This document shows, in pieces, positions 9,200-18,886 of a DNA stretch of 64,000 nucleotides. The DNA is from an uncultured Bacillota bacterium (GTDB taxonomy: Bacteria; Sysuimicrobiota; Sysuimicrobiia; Sysuimicrobiales; Segetimicrobiaceae). Numbering within the stretch: position 1 is the stretch's first letter; every line of letters begins with the position of its first letter. Location of the stretch: NCBI GenBank assembly GCA_963804645.1, contig CAWDRG010000011.1, positions 183,466-247,465 on the forward strand, read 5' to 3'. Made by a program: the position numbers and the translations under genes. The notes under the pieces are model-generated. The model saw only the letters and a program-made list of their open reading frames with translations, did not search any database and had not been told where the DNA came from.

Positions 9200-11599
9200 T
9201 CAGGCTCCCGCCGGCGCCGTGAACGCCAGGACGGCCGGCGGCGTCCCCACATACTTCTCGATCTGCACGAGCGACGTGTGCGACGGGTTGCCGTCGGACA
9301 GCTTCGAGTTCGGTGCGTCGGTCGTCACGTTATTGACGCTCCCGTGGCGGTCGAGCGTCCCGGCCGCCCCGGCGTTCAGCGGATCGTACCAGCCGCCCTC
9401 GTGCATCGCGACCACGCCGCGCCGCGTGCGCGCAGTCACGATCGCGCCCGCGAGCGTCTGTCCACGCCCGTTGTACACCCGCACGATATCGCCGTTGGCG
9501 ATGCCCCGGGCGGACGCGTCCGCGGGATTGATCCAGATCGGCTCGCGTGCGCCGACCTCATACTGCTGCCGCAGCCGCGTCTCGTCGATCTGCGAGTGCA
9601 GCCGATCCGGCGGGTGCGGGGTGAGCAGATGCAGCGGGAACTGCGCGGTCAGGGGGCTGCCCAGCCACTCGCTCGGCGCGAGCCACGTCGGGTGCGGCGG
9701 GCAGTCGTCGTACTTGAACGACGCGATGGTCTCGGAGTAGATCTCGATCTTGCCGGACGGCGTCCCGAGCGGGTGGCTCTGGGGGTCGGCGCGGAAATCG
9801 CCGTACCCGACCAGCTGCTCGGCGGCCGCGGTCACCGGGAACTCCATGTAGCCCTGCTTCCAGAACGTGTCGAAGTCGGGGAACGCGAGCCCGCGCTCCT
9901 GCGCCTGCTGCGCAGCGACCCCGTAGAACTGCCGGAGCCACGCCATCTCGTCCTTGCCCTCGGTGTACTGCGGGCCGAACCCGAGCCGCGCGGCCAGCGC
10001 GGCGCAGATGTCGAAGTCGTTGCGGGACTCGAACAGCGGCGGCACGACCTGCTGCATCGCCGCGATAAACGTGCTCGTGGCCACGAGGTCGTTGCGCTCG
10101 AGCGTCGTGGTGGCAGGCAGCACGATGTCCGCGTGCTTCGCGGTCGCGGTCCAAGCGTACTCGTGCACGATCGTGACCTCGGGCCGCTGCCAGGCGCGCA
10201 CGACGCGGTTGACGTCCTGCGCGTGGTGGAAGTTGTTGCCGCCGGCCACGTACACCATCTTAATGTCAGGGTACGTGATCCGCTGGCCGTCGTAGTCGAT
10301 CGTCTTGCCGGGGTTCAGCAGCAGATCGGTCCACATGTTGATCGGCACGAAATCCTTCACAGGGTTCGTGCCCGTGGTCAGCCCCGGAACGGTGGGCGCA
10401 GTGCCCACCGGGGCGCCGATCCGCGCGGGGAAGTCGATCTGGATGCCGCCGCCGGGCAGCCCGAACTGGCCGAGCATCGCGGACAGCGTGATCATCATCC
10501 AGACAGGCTGCTCGCCGTGCGACGCGCGCTGCAGCGGGTAGCCGCCCATGAACACGGTCCTCGACTTCGCCATGCGGCGCGCGAGCGTGCGCATCGTATC
10601 GGCGGAGACTTCCGTGATCGAGGCGGCCCACTCGGGCGTCTTCGGCTGCCCGTCGGTCTTGCCGGTCAGATAATCGGCGAACTGGGCGAACCCGACGGTG
10701 TACTTATCGAGGAACGCCTGGTCGTGGAGCTTCTCCGTGTACAGCACATACGCCATACCGAGCATCATCGCCGTGTCGGTGTTCGGGCGGATCACGATAT
10801 GCTCGGCCTTCAGGAACTGGTCGGTGTCCGTGACGAGCGGGTTCACGGACACGACGGGGATCTTCGAGTCCCGGAGCTGCGTCACGTAGTTCATGATCAA
10901 GTGGCCGCCGTCGCCGGACAGCACCTTCGCGTTGACGAGCGGATCGTACCCGAACGTGACGACGAGGGTGCTGTTCTTGAGCAGGCTCGGCCACGCCGAT
11001 CCGCGCGGCGCCGCGTCCCCGACGACGTGCGGGCTGATCACCGGCAGCGTCGGCGCGCTGTACGAGTTCACGTAGTAGACGAACCCGCCGTACTGGTTGA
11101 ACATCCGCTGGATCGCTCCGACAGCCCCGTGGAACTTCCCAGGGCTCTGCCAGCCGTAGCTGCCGGCGTAGATCGCGCGGTTGCCGTACTGCGTCTTCAC
11201 GCGCTTCATCTCGCCCGCCACGATGTCCAGGGCCTCGTCCCACGACACCCGCACGAACGGCTCGCTGCCGCGCCCGGCCGTATCGCTGGCGGACCGGTTC
11301 TTGTAGAACCCCTGGCGGATCATCGGGTACTTCACGCGGGCGGACCCGTACAGCAGGTCCGGCATGACGGTCACCATCGCGTTCGGATGCGGATCCTTCA
11401 CGAACGGCATCGTGCGCACTACGCGGCCGCTCACGACCTCGGATGTGAACAAACCCCAGTGCGCGTTATTCAGCTTGGTCACGACCATCGTGTCCGTTTG
11501 GCCGCTCACCGGGAGCGCCCCGAGCAACGGCGCCGCGGCCAGGCCTCCTACCACTGCGCCCCCCTGCCACAGAAACGTTCGCCGTGTAATCGGTTTCAT
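9200..11599 (-). CDS. Tat-exported S/N-oxide reductase #2 (TorA/BisC/DorA family)
   Basis: TRRTFL, AHWG, GSYGWQSPG, SYS Mo-ligand region, QRASHGEQ, RLHSQ. Confidence 0.95.
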   Translation of the reverse strand: MKPITRRTFLWQGGAVVGGLAAAPLLGALPVSGQTDTMVVTKLNNAHWGLFTSEVVSGRVVRTMPFVKDPHPNAMVTVMPDLLYGSARVKYPMIRQGFYKNRSASDTAGRGSEPFVRVSWDEALDIVAGEMKRVKTQYGNRAIYAGSYGWQSPGKFHGAVGAIQRMFNQYGGFVYYVNSYSAPTLPVISPHVVGDAAPRGSAWPSLLKNSTLVVTFGYDPLVNAKVLSGDGGHLIMNYVTQLRDSKIPVVSVNPLVTDTDQFLKAEHIVIRPNTDTAMMLGMAYVLYTEKLHDQAFLDKYTVGFAQFADYLTGKTDGQPKTPEWAASITEVSADTMRTLARRMAKSRTVFMGGYPLQRASHGEQPVWMMITLSAMLGQFGLPGGGIQIDFPARIGAPVGTAPTVPGLTTGTNPVKDFVPINMWTDLLLNPGKTIDYDGQRITYPDIKMVYVAGGNNFHHAQDVNRVVRAWQRPEVTIVHEYAWTATAKHADIVLPATTTLERNDLVATSTFIAAMQQVVPPLFESRNDFDICAALAARLGFGPQYTEGKDEMAWLRQFYGVAAQQAQERGLAFPDFDTFWKQGYMEFPVTAAAEQLVGYGDFRADPQSHPLGTPSGKIEIYSETIASFKYDDCPPHPTWLAPSEWLGSPLTAQFPLHLLTPHPPDRLHSQIDETRLRQQYEVGAREPIWINPADASARGIANGDIVRVYNGRGQTLAGAIVTARTRRGVVAMHEGGWYDPLNAGAAGTLDRHGSVNNVTTDAPNSKLSDGNPSHTSLVQIEKYVGTPPAVLAFTAPAGA

Positions 11600-11668
11600 C
11601 GTCCGACCTCCCTCTCATGTCACGCCCATGTGGGCGTGTCGCCCTTGAGATATGCGTCCGTCATCCTC

Positions 11669-11714
11669 AGCCTACAGGGCCCGAGCGAAACGAGACATCC
11701 GTCCGAGGCCCGAT
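11669..11714 (-). promoter_or_regulatory. Regulon box ATCCG-N8-CCGAT (11697-11714) plus -10 TAGGCT for enzyme #2-torD
   Basis: 22-bp spacer. Confidence 0.75.
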
Positions 11715-11832
11715 TTCGCGCGCATCACCGCCCGACCGCGCCCCGCGCCGGCGCAGGCCCCGGCGCGAGGCACACCGAACCACACGGGAGCACGCACCGA
11801 GCCACACACGCTTCCACGAGGGGGACACGTCG

Positions 11833-12156
11833 ATGGCACTTCCAACCGCGTACGAGGACTTTCAGAAGAAGTACCCTGGAATCTGGCAGGCCTACGATCG
11901 CCTCGGCGCCGCGGCGCACGCGGCCGGACCGCTCGATGAGAAGACACGCGCGCTGGTGAAGCTCGGCATGGCGGTCGGACGCCAGGCGGAGGGGGCCACC
12001 CACGCGCATGTCCGGCAGGCGGTGCGGGCCGGAGCGACGCCGGACGAGATCCGCCACGTCGTCCTCCTGGCGATCACCACCCTGGGGTTCCCCGCGATGA
12101 TGACCGCCCGCACCTGGGTCGAGGAATCCCTGTCAGGCCGGAACGCCACTCCCTAG
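11833..12156 (+). CDS. Carboxymuconolactone decarboxylase (CMD/AhpD-like) family protein
   Basis: GPLDEKTRALVKLG, HAHVRQA..AGATPDEI, TTLGFP; GAGGGG RBS. Confidence 0.88.
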   Translation: MALPTAYEDFQKKYPGIWQAYDRLGAAAHAAGPLDEKTRALVKLGMAVGRQAEGATHAHVRQAVRAGATPDEIRHVVLLAITTLGFPAMMTARTWVEESLSGRNATP

Positions 12157-12185
12157 GACGACCGCCTCACGAACGCGCGAGCGCA

Positions 12186-12223
12186 CGGCGGCCCTCCCGG
12201 ATCCGATCGCGGGAGGGCCGCCG
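12186..12223. terminator. 14-bp perfect stem-loop between convergent genes
   Basis: CGGCGGCCCTCCCG / CGGGAGGGCCGCCG with 10-nt loop; no U-tract. Confidence 0.6.
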
Positions 12224-12236
12224 CACGCCGGGACGG

Positions 12237-12962
12237 CTACTGCGGCTTCGCGTGTGTCTGCAGGTACTTGAGCACCAGCGCCAGATCTTCCCCGGCGAGC
12301 CCTCCGTTCGAGGCCATGGCCTGCAGGTTGCCCGGCCACTGGTTCGCCGTAAACTGGTCCGGCGCGTACAGCGAGTGACACGTGCTGCAGTGCGCCTCGT
12401 ACACCTGGCGGCCGTGCGTCCAGACGGCCTGGACGTCGGACGTGAGCGCGCTGGTGGCGACCCAGCCGCTGAGCGTGACCTGCGTCCACACCGTGCCGTA
12501 ACTGTCCTTCGTCTGCGCGCCGAGCTGCCGCTGCGCCTGGTCGGGCTGGGTCACGTTCGCGAGGATGATCCGCTCCCCGACCGCCGTCACGACCGCGTTG
12601 CTCCCGGCGGACGAGTAGCCGGTGATGCTCACCTGCGCGTCCGCCCCCTGCGTCGTCGTCACGGTCACGGGCGTGCCCGGGGTCACCGTCCCCACCGCCG
12701 CGCCACCCGGGGCCTTCAACAGCTGCGCGGTCCCGGTCGTGTACGAGGTGCCCGGCCCCGCGGCTGCCAGCGCCGGCTCGAGCGCGGACGCCGCCAGCAA
12801 TGACGCGGCGGTCCCGCCCACCGCACGGGACAGGCCCGGAGTCTCCGGCGCCGGCCGCTGCTGGTCGGTCCCGAGTCGGCCCGCACCGCTCCAGCCCATC
12901 GCGATGATCGCGGCCGCGGCCGCCGCGATCACCCATGAGTTCACACGTCGCATTCGCCACAA
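12237..12962 (-). CDS. Monoheme cytochrome c resembling the TorC/DorC C-terminal domain
   Basis: Single CSTCH followed by FTANQW...M and LKYLQ; hydrophobic N-terminus; start uncertain. Confidence 0.85.
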   Translation of the reverse strand: MWRMRRVNSWVIAAAAAAIIAMGWSGAGRLGTDQQRPAPETPGLSRAVGGTAASLLAASALEPALAAAGPGTSYTTGTAQLLKAPGGAAVGTVTPGTPVTVTTTQGADAQVSITGYSSAGSNAVVTAVGERIILANVTQPDQAQRQLGAQTKDSYGTVWTQVTLSGWVATSALTSDVQAVWTHGRQVYEAHCSTCHSLYAPDQFTANQWPGNLQAMASNGGLAGEDLALVLKYLQTHAKPQ

Positions 12963-13045
12963 CTCCCTTCACTACGCACTGCCACGGACATCTCACGCGC
13001 GCCCTGATGGGAGCATACCCCACCGCGCCGCTCGGCGGTACCCCA

Positions 13046-15451
13046 TCAGGCGCCGGGCGGCGGGGTGAATGCCGTCACCGGCGGCGGGGTGCCCACGTAC
13101 TTCTCGACCTCGACGAGCGCCGTGTGCGACGGATTCCCATCGGCGAGCCGCGAGCTCGGCGTATCCATGGTTACCATATTGACGTTGCCGTGGCGGTCCA
13201 GGGACCCGGCCTGCCCGGGGTTCAGCGGGTCGTACCAGGACCCTTCCCGCAGGACCGCAACGCCGCGGCGGGTCCGGGCCGTCACGACGGCGCCGGCCAG
13301 CGTTTGTCCGCGGTCGTTGAAGACACGCACGATATCCCCGTTCGCGATCCCACGGGCGGAGGCGTCCGCGGGATTGAGCCAGATCGGCTCCCGCTGTCCG
13401 ATCTCGTAGTCCGCCCGCAGCGGAGTCTCGTTCAGCTGCGAGTGCAGCCGTTCCTTGGGATGCGGCGACAGCAGGTGCAGCGGGAACCGCGACGCGATGG
13501 GGCTGCCGAGCCACTCGGCCGGCGGCACCCACGCGGGGTGCGGCGGCACGTCGTCGTACTTGAACGAGGCGATCTTCGCCGAGTAGATCTCGATCTTCCC
13601 CGACGGGGTGGACAGCGGGGCGTTGTCGGGATCCGCCCGGAACCCGGCGTACGCGACCGCCTGGTTGGCGCTCTCCGGAATCGGAAACTGCAGAAATCCC
13701 TGCTGCCAGAACGCGTCAAACTCGGGCAGGTCGAGCCCGCGGGTCTTTCCCTGCTGCTGCGCGGCGGCGTAGAACTGCCGGAGCCACGCCATCTCGTCCT
13801 TCCCCTCCGTAAACTGAGGGCCGATCCCGAGCCGCGTCGACAGCGCCGCAAAAATGTCGAAATCGCTTCTGGCCTCGAACACCGGCGGCACCACCTGCTG
13901 CATCGCGATGATGAACTTGTCGGTCGCGAGCAGGTCGTTTCGCTCGAGCGTCGTGGTGGCGGGCAGCACGATATCGGCGTGCTTCGCGCTCGCCGTCCAC
14001 ACGTAGTCCTGGACGATGGTCACCTCGGGGCGGCGCCAGGCATCCAGCACGCGGTTCGTGTTCTGCGCATGATGGAACGGATTGCCGCCGGCCCAGTAGA
14101 CCAGCTTGATCTCGGGATAGGTGATGCGCTGCCCGTCGTAGTCGATCGTCTGCCCTGGATTCAGCAGCAGGTCGACCCACATGTTGACCGGCACAAAATC
14201 CTTCACCGGGTTGGCCCCCGCCGCGAAGCCCGGCATGCCCGGCGCGCTGCCCACCGGCACGCCGAGTCCGCCCGGGAAGTTGATGTTGGCGCCCCCGCCG
14301 GGGAGCCCGAATTTGCCCAGCATCGCCGAGAGGGTGATCATCGCCCACACGGGCTGCTCACCGTGCGACGCACGCTGCAGCGAGAAGCCCCCGATCAGCT
14401 GGGTGTGCGAGCTCGCCATCCGCCGCGCGAGGGTGCGGATCGTGGCCGCCGGGATGTCGGTGATCGCCGCGGCCCACTCCGGCGTCTTCGGCTGGCCGTC
14501 CGCCTTCCCCGTCAGATAGTCGGTGAACGCGTCAAATCCCACCGTGTATTTGGCGAGAAACGCGGTGTCGTGGAGGTGCTCGGTGTACAGCACGTGCGCG
14601 AGCGCGACGATCAGCGCGGTGTCGGTGTTCGGCCGGATCGCGATCCGCTCCGTGCGCAGATACTGGTCCGTGTCGCTCTCGATCGGGTTCACCGACACGA
14701 CCGGGGTCCCCTTGGCCCGCAGCTGGGCGAGATAGCCGGCGTCGTAGTGCCCGCCGTCACCGCCCGACAGCACCTCGGCGTTCACGAGCGGGTCGTATCC
14801 GAAGAGCACGACGAGGGTGGCATTCTGGATGATCGTCGGCCACGCGGACGCGAGCGGCCGGGGATCGCCCAGGACGTGGGGGGTGATCACCGGCAGCACG
14901 GGCGCGCTGTACGTGTTCACGTAGGAGACGTACCCGCCGTACAAGCCGAGCATCCGCTGGAGCCCTTGCACCGCCCCGTGGAACTTGCCGGCGCTCTGCC
15001 AGCCGTAGCTCCCGCCGTAGATCGCGCGGTTCCCGTACTGGGTCTTCACCCGCTTGATCTCACCCGCGACGATGTCGAGCGCCTCGTCCCACGAGACACG
15101 CACAAACGGCTCGGTCCCGCGTCCCATCGTGTCGCTGCTCGACCGGTTCGTGTAGAACCCGCGACGGATCATCGGATACTTGATCCGGTTCGGCGCGTAC
15201 AGCACCTGCGGCATCGCCGCGACCATCCGGTTGGGGTTCGGGTCGTGCGGGAACGGCATCGTGCGCGTGCACCGATCCCCCGTGATCTCCGCGGTAAACG
15301 CCCCCCAGTGGGCGGCGTTGAGCCGCGCCGCCGGGATAATGTCCGCGGCGGCCGCCCGTCCGGACAACTCCGGGATCAGCGGAACGGCCACCAGCCCACC
15401 GACCGCTGCGCCGCTCTGCCACAGGAACGCTCGTCTCGTCAGTCTCCCCAC
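13046..15451 (-). CDS. Tat-exported S/N-oxide reductase #3 (TorA/BisC/DorA family)
   Basis: TRRAFL, AHWG, GSYGWQSAG, TYS, RLHSQ. Confidence 0.95.
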   Translation of the reverse strand: MGRLTRRAFLWQSGAAVGGLVAVPLIPELSGRAAAADIIPAARLNAAHWGAFTAEITGDRCTRTMPFPHDPNPNRMVAAMPQVLYAPNRIKYPMIRRGFYTNRSSSDTMGRGTEPFVRVSWDEALDIVAGEIKRVKTQYGNRAIYGGSYGWQSAGKFHGAVQGLQRMLGLYGGYVSYVNTYSAPVLPVITPHVLGDPRPLASAWPTIIQNATLVVLFGYDPLVNAEVLSGGDGGHYDAGYLAQLRAKGTPVVSVNPIESDTDQYLRTERIAIRPNTDTALIVALAHVLYTEHLHDTAFLAKYTVGFDAFTDYLTGKADGQPKTPEWAAAITDIPAATIRTLARRMASSHTQLIGGFSLQRASHGEQPVWAMITLSAMLGKFGLPGGGANINFPGGLGVPVGSAPGMPGFAAGANPVKDFVPVNMWVDLLLNPGQTIDYDGQRITYPEIKLVYWAGGNPFHHAQNTNRVLDAWRRPEVTIVQDYVWTASAKHADIVLPATTTLERNDLLATDKFIIAMQQVVPPVFEARSDFDIFAALSTRLGIGPQFTEGKDEMAWLRQFYAAAQQQGKTRGLDLPEFDAFWQQGFLQFPIPESANQAVAYAGFRADPDNAPLSTPSGKIEIYSAKIASFKYDDVPPHPAWVPPAEWLGSPIASRFPLHLLSPHPKERLHSQLNETPLRADYEIGQREPIWLNPADASARGIANGDIVRVFNDRGQTLAGAVVTARTRRGVAVLREGSWYDPLNPGQAGSLDRHGNVNMVTMDTPSSRLADGNPSHTALVEVEKYVGTPPPVTAFTPPPGA

Positions 15452-15617
15452 TGCGACCCCTCCTCCCGATCACTCGCCCCGCGGGACCGCCGCCGGCGAG
15501 CCTCGGCCCAGATCTGCCTCACTGATCCGCCCCGCGCCGCCGCCCCCAAGGGCGCCGGACCGTCCCCGGGCGCAGGACCGCGGCGTAACCGCGCCCCTGC
15601 GCCCGCCCACGATGCTC

Positions 15618-18023
15618 CTACGCGCTCTGAGGCGGGGTAAACGCCGTCAGCGCGGGCGGCGTCCCCACGTACTTCTCGACCTGCACCAGCACGGAGTTCG
15701 TCGGGTTCCCGCCGGACAGCTGCGAGCTCGGCCCGTCCCACGTCAGGTTGTTCGCGCTGCCGTTCTTGTCGAGCGTCCCCACCGCGCCGGGCCTGAGCGG
15801 GTCGTACCACCCGCCCTGCCGGAACACCACGACCCCGGGCCGCGTCCGCGCCGTGATGATCGCCCCCGCCAGCGCCTGGCCCCGCCCATTGAAGACGCGC
15901 ACGACGTCCCCGTTGGCGATCCCGCGCGCGGCCGCATCGGAGGGGCTGATCCAGATCGGCTCCCGTCCGCCGACCTGGTACTCCTGCCGCAGCCGCGTCT
16001 GGTCGAGCTGCGAGTGCAGCCGGTCCAGGGGATGCGGAGACAGCATGTGCAGCGGGTACTGCGCCGCCAGCGGGCTGCCGAGCCACTCCGAGGGCGGGAT
16101 CCACGTTGCGTGGGGCGGCGTGTCGTCGTACTTGAACGAGGCGATCTTCTGGGAGTAGAGCTCGATCTTCCCCGACGCGGTGCCGAGCGGGTTCGCGCCC
16201 GGATCGGCCAAAAAGTCCGCGTACGCCACCACCTGATTGGCGCTGTCGGGAACCGGGAATTCGAGATACCCCTGCCGCCAGAATGTGTCGAAATCGGGCA
16301 TGCTCATGTTGCGCTGCGCGGCCAGCTGCTGGGCGGCGCCGTACAGCTGGCGCAGCCAGGCGTTCTCGTCTTTCCCCTCGGTGTACTGCGGCCCGAATCC
16401 GAGGCGATCGGCCAGCCCGGCGCAGATGTCGAAATCGTGGCGCGCCTCGAACACCGGCGGGACCGACTGCTGCATCGCCACGATGTACCGGTCGGTGCCC
16501 AGGAGGTCGTTGCGCTCGAGCAGCGAGGTCGCGGGCAGCACGATGTCCGCGTGCTTGGCGGTCGGCGTCCAAGAGTACTCGTTGACGATGATCACTTCGG
16601 GGTGCTGAATCGCCTGGATCACCCGGTTGGTGTACTGCGCCTGGTTGAAGTTGTTCATGCCGGCCCAATAGATCATCTTGATGTCGGGATAGGTGAGCTT
16701 CTGGCCGTTGTAGTCGACGGTCTTGCCCGGGCTGGAGACCAGGTCGGTCCACAGGTTCAGCGGCACGAAGTCCTTGACCGGGTTCGTCCCCGCGGACAGC
16801 CCCGGCAGCCTCGGCGCACTGCCCAGCGGCACGCCCAGACCGCCCGGAAAGTCGTTCTGCACCCCTCCGCCCGGCAGCCCGATCTGTCCGAGCATCGCGG
16901 CGAGCGTGATCATCGCCCAGATCGGCTGCTCCCCGTGCGACGCGCGCTGCAGCGAGTACGCGCCGATCATCACCGTGCGCGACGCGGCCATCCGGTGCGC
17001 GAGGGCGCGAATCGTGCCCGCCGGAATCTCCGTGATCGGAGCCGCCCACTCCGGCGACTTCTCCTGCCCGTCCGCCTTGCCGCTGAGATAGTCCGCGAAC
17101 TGCGCGAAGCCGACCGTGTACTTGTCGAGGTAGGCCTGATTGTACAGGTGCTCCGTATACAGCACGTGCGCGAGCGCCAGGAGCAGCGCCGTGTCGGTGT
17201 TCGGACGGATCGCGAGGCGCGACGTGCGGAGATACTCGTCGGTGTACCCTTCGATCGGGTTGATCGACACGATCGGGATCTTCGAGTCGCGCAGCTGCGC
17301 GAGCCACCCCATGTCCAGGTGCAGGAAGCTCGCCCCGGCCTGAATCTTGGTGTTGACCAACGGATCGTAGCCGAGCAGCACCACGAGCGTGCTGTTCTTG
17401 AGAATCACCGGCCACGCCGACTGCCTCGGCGCCGGGTCGCCGATGATGTACGGCGCGATCACCGGCAGCACCGGGGCGCTGTACGAGTTGATGCGGTACA
17501 CGCTGCCCCCGTACAGGTTGAACATCCGCTGCAGCGCCGCGCCGGCCCCGTGGAAGTTCCCGGGGTTCTGCCAGCCTGAGGCCGCGGAATAGATGGCACG
17601 GTTGCCGTACTGGGTCTTCACGCGCTTGATCTCGCCGGCGGTGATGTCGAGCGCTTCGTCCCAGGACACGCGCACAAACGGCTCCGTGCCGCGCTTTGTC
17701 GTATCGCTGCGCGACCGGTCGCGGTAGAATCCCTGGCGCACCATCGGGTACTTGACCCGGCTCGACCCGTACAAGAGATCGGGCAGCACGGTCACCATCG
17801 AGTTCGGATTCGGATCCTTGTCAAACGGCAGCGTCTGGACGAGGCGGCCGTTCATGACGTGCCCGACAAACGGCCCCCAGTGCGCCACGCTGAGGTTCGT
17901 CGTCATCGCGGTCTGCGCGACGGCGGTCTCGCTGAGCGTCAATCCCACCAACGGCGCCGCCGCCAGCGCCCCCGCTGTCAGGCCGGCCTGCTTGAGGAAC
18001 GTCCGTCTCGTAGTCGAGTTCAT
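15618..18023 (-). CDS. Tat-exported S/N-oxide reductase #4 (TorA-like active-site loop)
   Basis: TRRTFL, AHWG, AASGWQNPG, SYS, RLHSQ. Confidence 0.95.
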   Translation of the reverse strand: MNSTTRRTFLKQAGLTAGALAAAPLVGLTLSETAVAQTAMTTNLSVAHWGPFVGHVMNGRLVQTLPFDKDPNPNSMVTVLPDLLYGSSRVKYPMVRQGFYRDRSRSDTTKRGTEPFVRVSWDEALDITAGEIKRVKTQYGNRAIYSAASGWQNPGNFHGAGAALQRMFNLYGGSVYRINSYSAPVLPVIAPYIIGDPAPRQSAWPVILKNSTLVVLLGYDPLVNTKIQAGASFLHLDMGWLAQLRDSKIPIVSINPIEGYTDEYLRTSRLAIRPNTDTALLLALAHVLYTEHLYNQAYLDKYTVGFAQFADYLSGKADGQEKSPEWAAPITEIPAGTIRALAHRMAASRTVMIGAYSLQRASHGEQPIWAMITLAAMLGQIGLPGGGVQNDFPGGLGVPLGSAPRLPGLSAGTNPVKDFVPLNLWTDLVSSPGKTVDYNGQKLTYPDIKMIYWAGMNNFNQAQYTNRVIQAIQHPEVIIVNEYSWTPTAKHADIVLPATSLLERNDLLGTDRYIVAMQQSVPPVFEARHDFDICAGLADRLGFGPQYTEGKDENAWLRQLYGAAQQLAAQRNMSMPDFDTFWRQGYLEFPVPDSANQVVAYADFLADPGANPLGTASGKIELYSQKIASFKYDDTPPHATWIPPSEWLGSPLAAQYPLHMLSPHPLDRLHSQLDQTRLRQEYQVGGREPIWISPSDAAARGIANGDVVRVFNGRGQALAGAIITARTRPGVVVFRQGGWYDPLRPGAVGTLDKNGSANNLTWDGPSSQLSGGNPTNSVLVQVEKYVGTPPALTAFTPPQSA

Positions 18024-18097
18024 CCGTTCATCTCCCTTCCAGGGGCGTGCGCATGCTCCTCATCATTCTGCCGCGTGTGTGCGCACCACCATGTTCC

Positions 18098-18143
18098 AGC
18101 CTATCGACAGCCCCGGACACTGTGTATCCGGTCGCTAGCCGAT
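18098..18143 (-). promoter_or_regulatory. Regulon box ATCCG-N8-CCGAT (18126-18143) plus -10 TAGGCT for enzyme #4 (and probably #3 and the cytochrome)
   Basis: 22-bp spacer. Confidence 0.75.
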
Positions 18144-18190
18144 TTTGCGGCCAGCGCCCGCGCGACGGCCCGCGGGAGGCGGTCCGGCAA

Positions 18191-18236
18191 ATACGTTCGG
18201 GACCCGATGGCACGCCGCGCGCGCGGGCCCTATCAT
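18191..18236 (+). promoter_or_regulatory. Regulon box ATACG-N8-CCGAT plus -10 TATCAT, rightward
   Basis: 22-bp spacer; target transcript unclear. Confidence 0.6.
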
Positions 18237-18641
18237 GTTGATGGAGCGCACGCGGCAACGTGCCGAGTCAAACGCCGCGATCGGGGAGACCGAAAGTCGG
18301 TTACGCGCACATCGGACAAGCCGCCCCCACGGAGACGTGGTGGGGTCCGGAGAGCGCCAGCCGACGGTAGGCCCTGCGGTCGCGACCGAAGACGGCACCG
18401 GCTGCACGACAAGTGCGCTCCTCAATATTTGTGGCGGGCGCGGCGGGAGGCGCATCGCCGCGGGGACCACCCTCCGTCTGGACCGTCCCTCCGGCGCAGT
18501 CTGCGTGCGGAGCCGAAGCGAGCACCGGGGCCCGTCGGTCGGCGCCGCAGACGAAGATAGAGTGGATTCGCGGCCGAAAGCAGGCTACACTGGGACAGCA
18601 CTGCGTACCGACGTCGATCGCAGATCAGAGGGGGCGTGTCT

Positions 18642-18767
18642 GTGAACCGGGTCCGACGGGTCAAGAGAAAGAAACATACCGGCAAGGCGCGCCGCAGGAA
18701 GCTGCTGACGGAACGTCGTCGCGCCGCGGCACTCTCCGCCATTCTCAAGCCGAGTGCCGCCAAGTAG
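18642..18767 (+). CDS. Small Lys/Arg-rich protein (41 aa)
   Basis: MNRVRRVKRKKHTGKARRRKLLTERRRAAALSAILKPSAAK; AGAGGGGG RBS; TGGATT-N17-TACACT at 18563-18591. Confidence 0.55.
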   Translation: MNRVRRVKRKKHTGKARRRKLLTERRRAAALSAILKPSAAK

Positions 18768-18886
18768 GACTCCCGGGAATCGCGCGTTCCAGCCAGCCAG
18801 GGGATAGCGGGCCAGCGGGGTGACCGGGAGTACTCAACGCGCCGCCCGGCGGTCAGCCTGGCGGACGCCGGAACGCGTGAGGACGA

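Noticed and set aside
5767..18023. Selenocysteine or formate/nitrate-reductase identity for the Mo enzymes
   Set aside because: No in-frame TGA, no N-terminal Fe-S Cys motif, and Ser at the ligand position.
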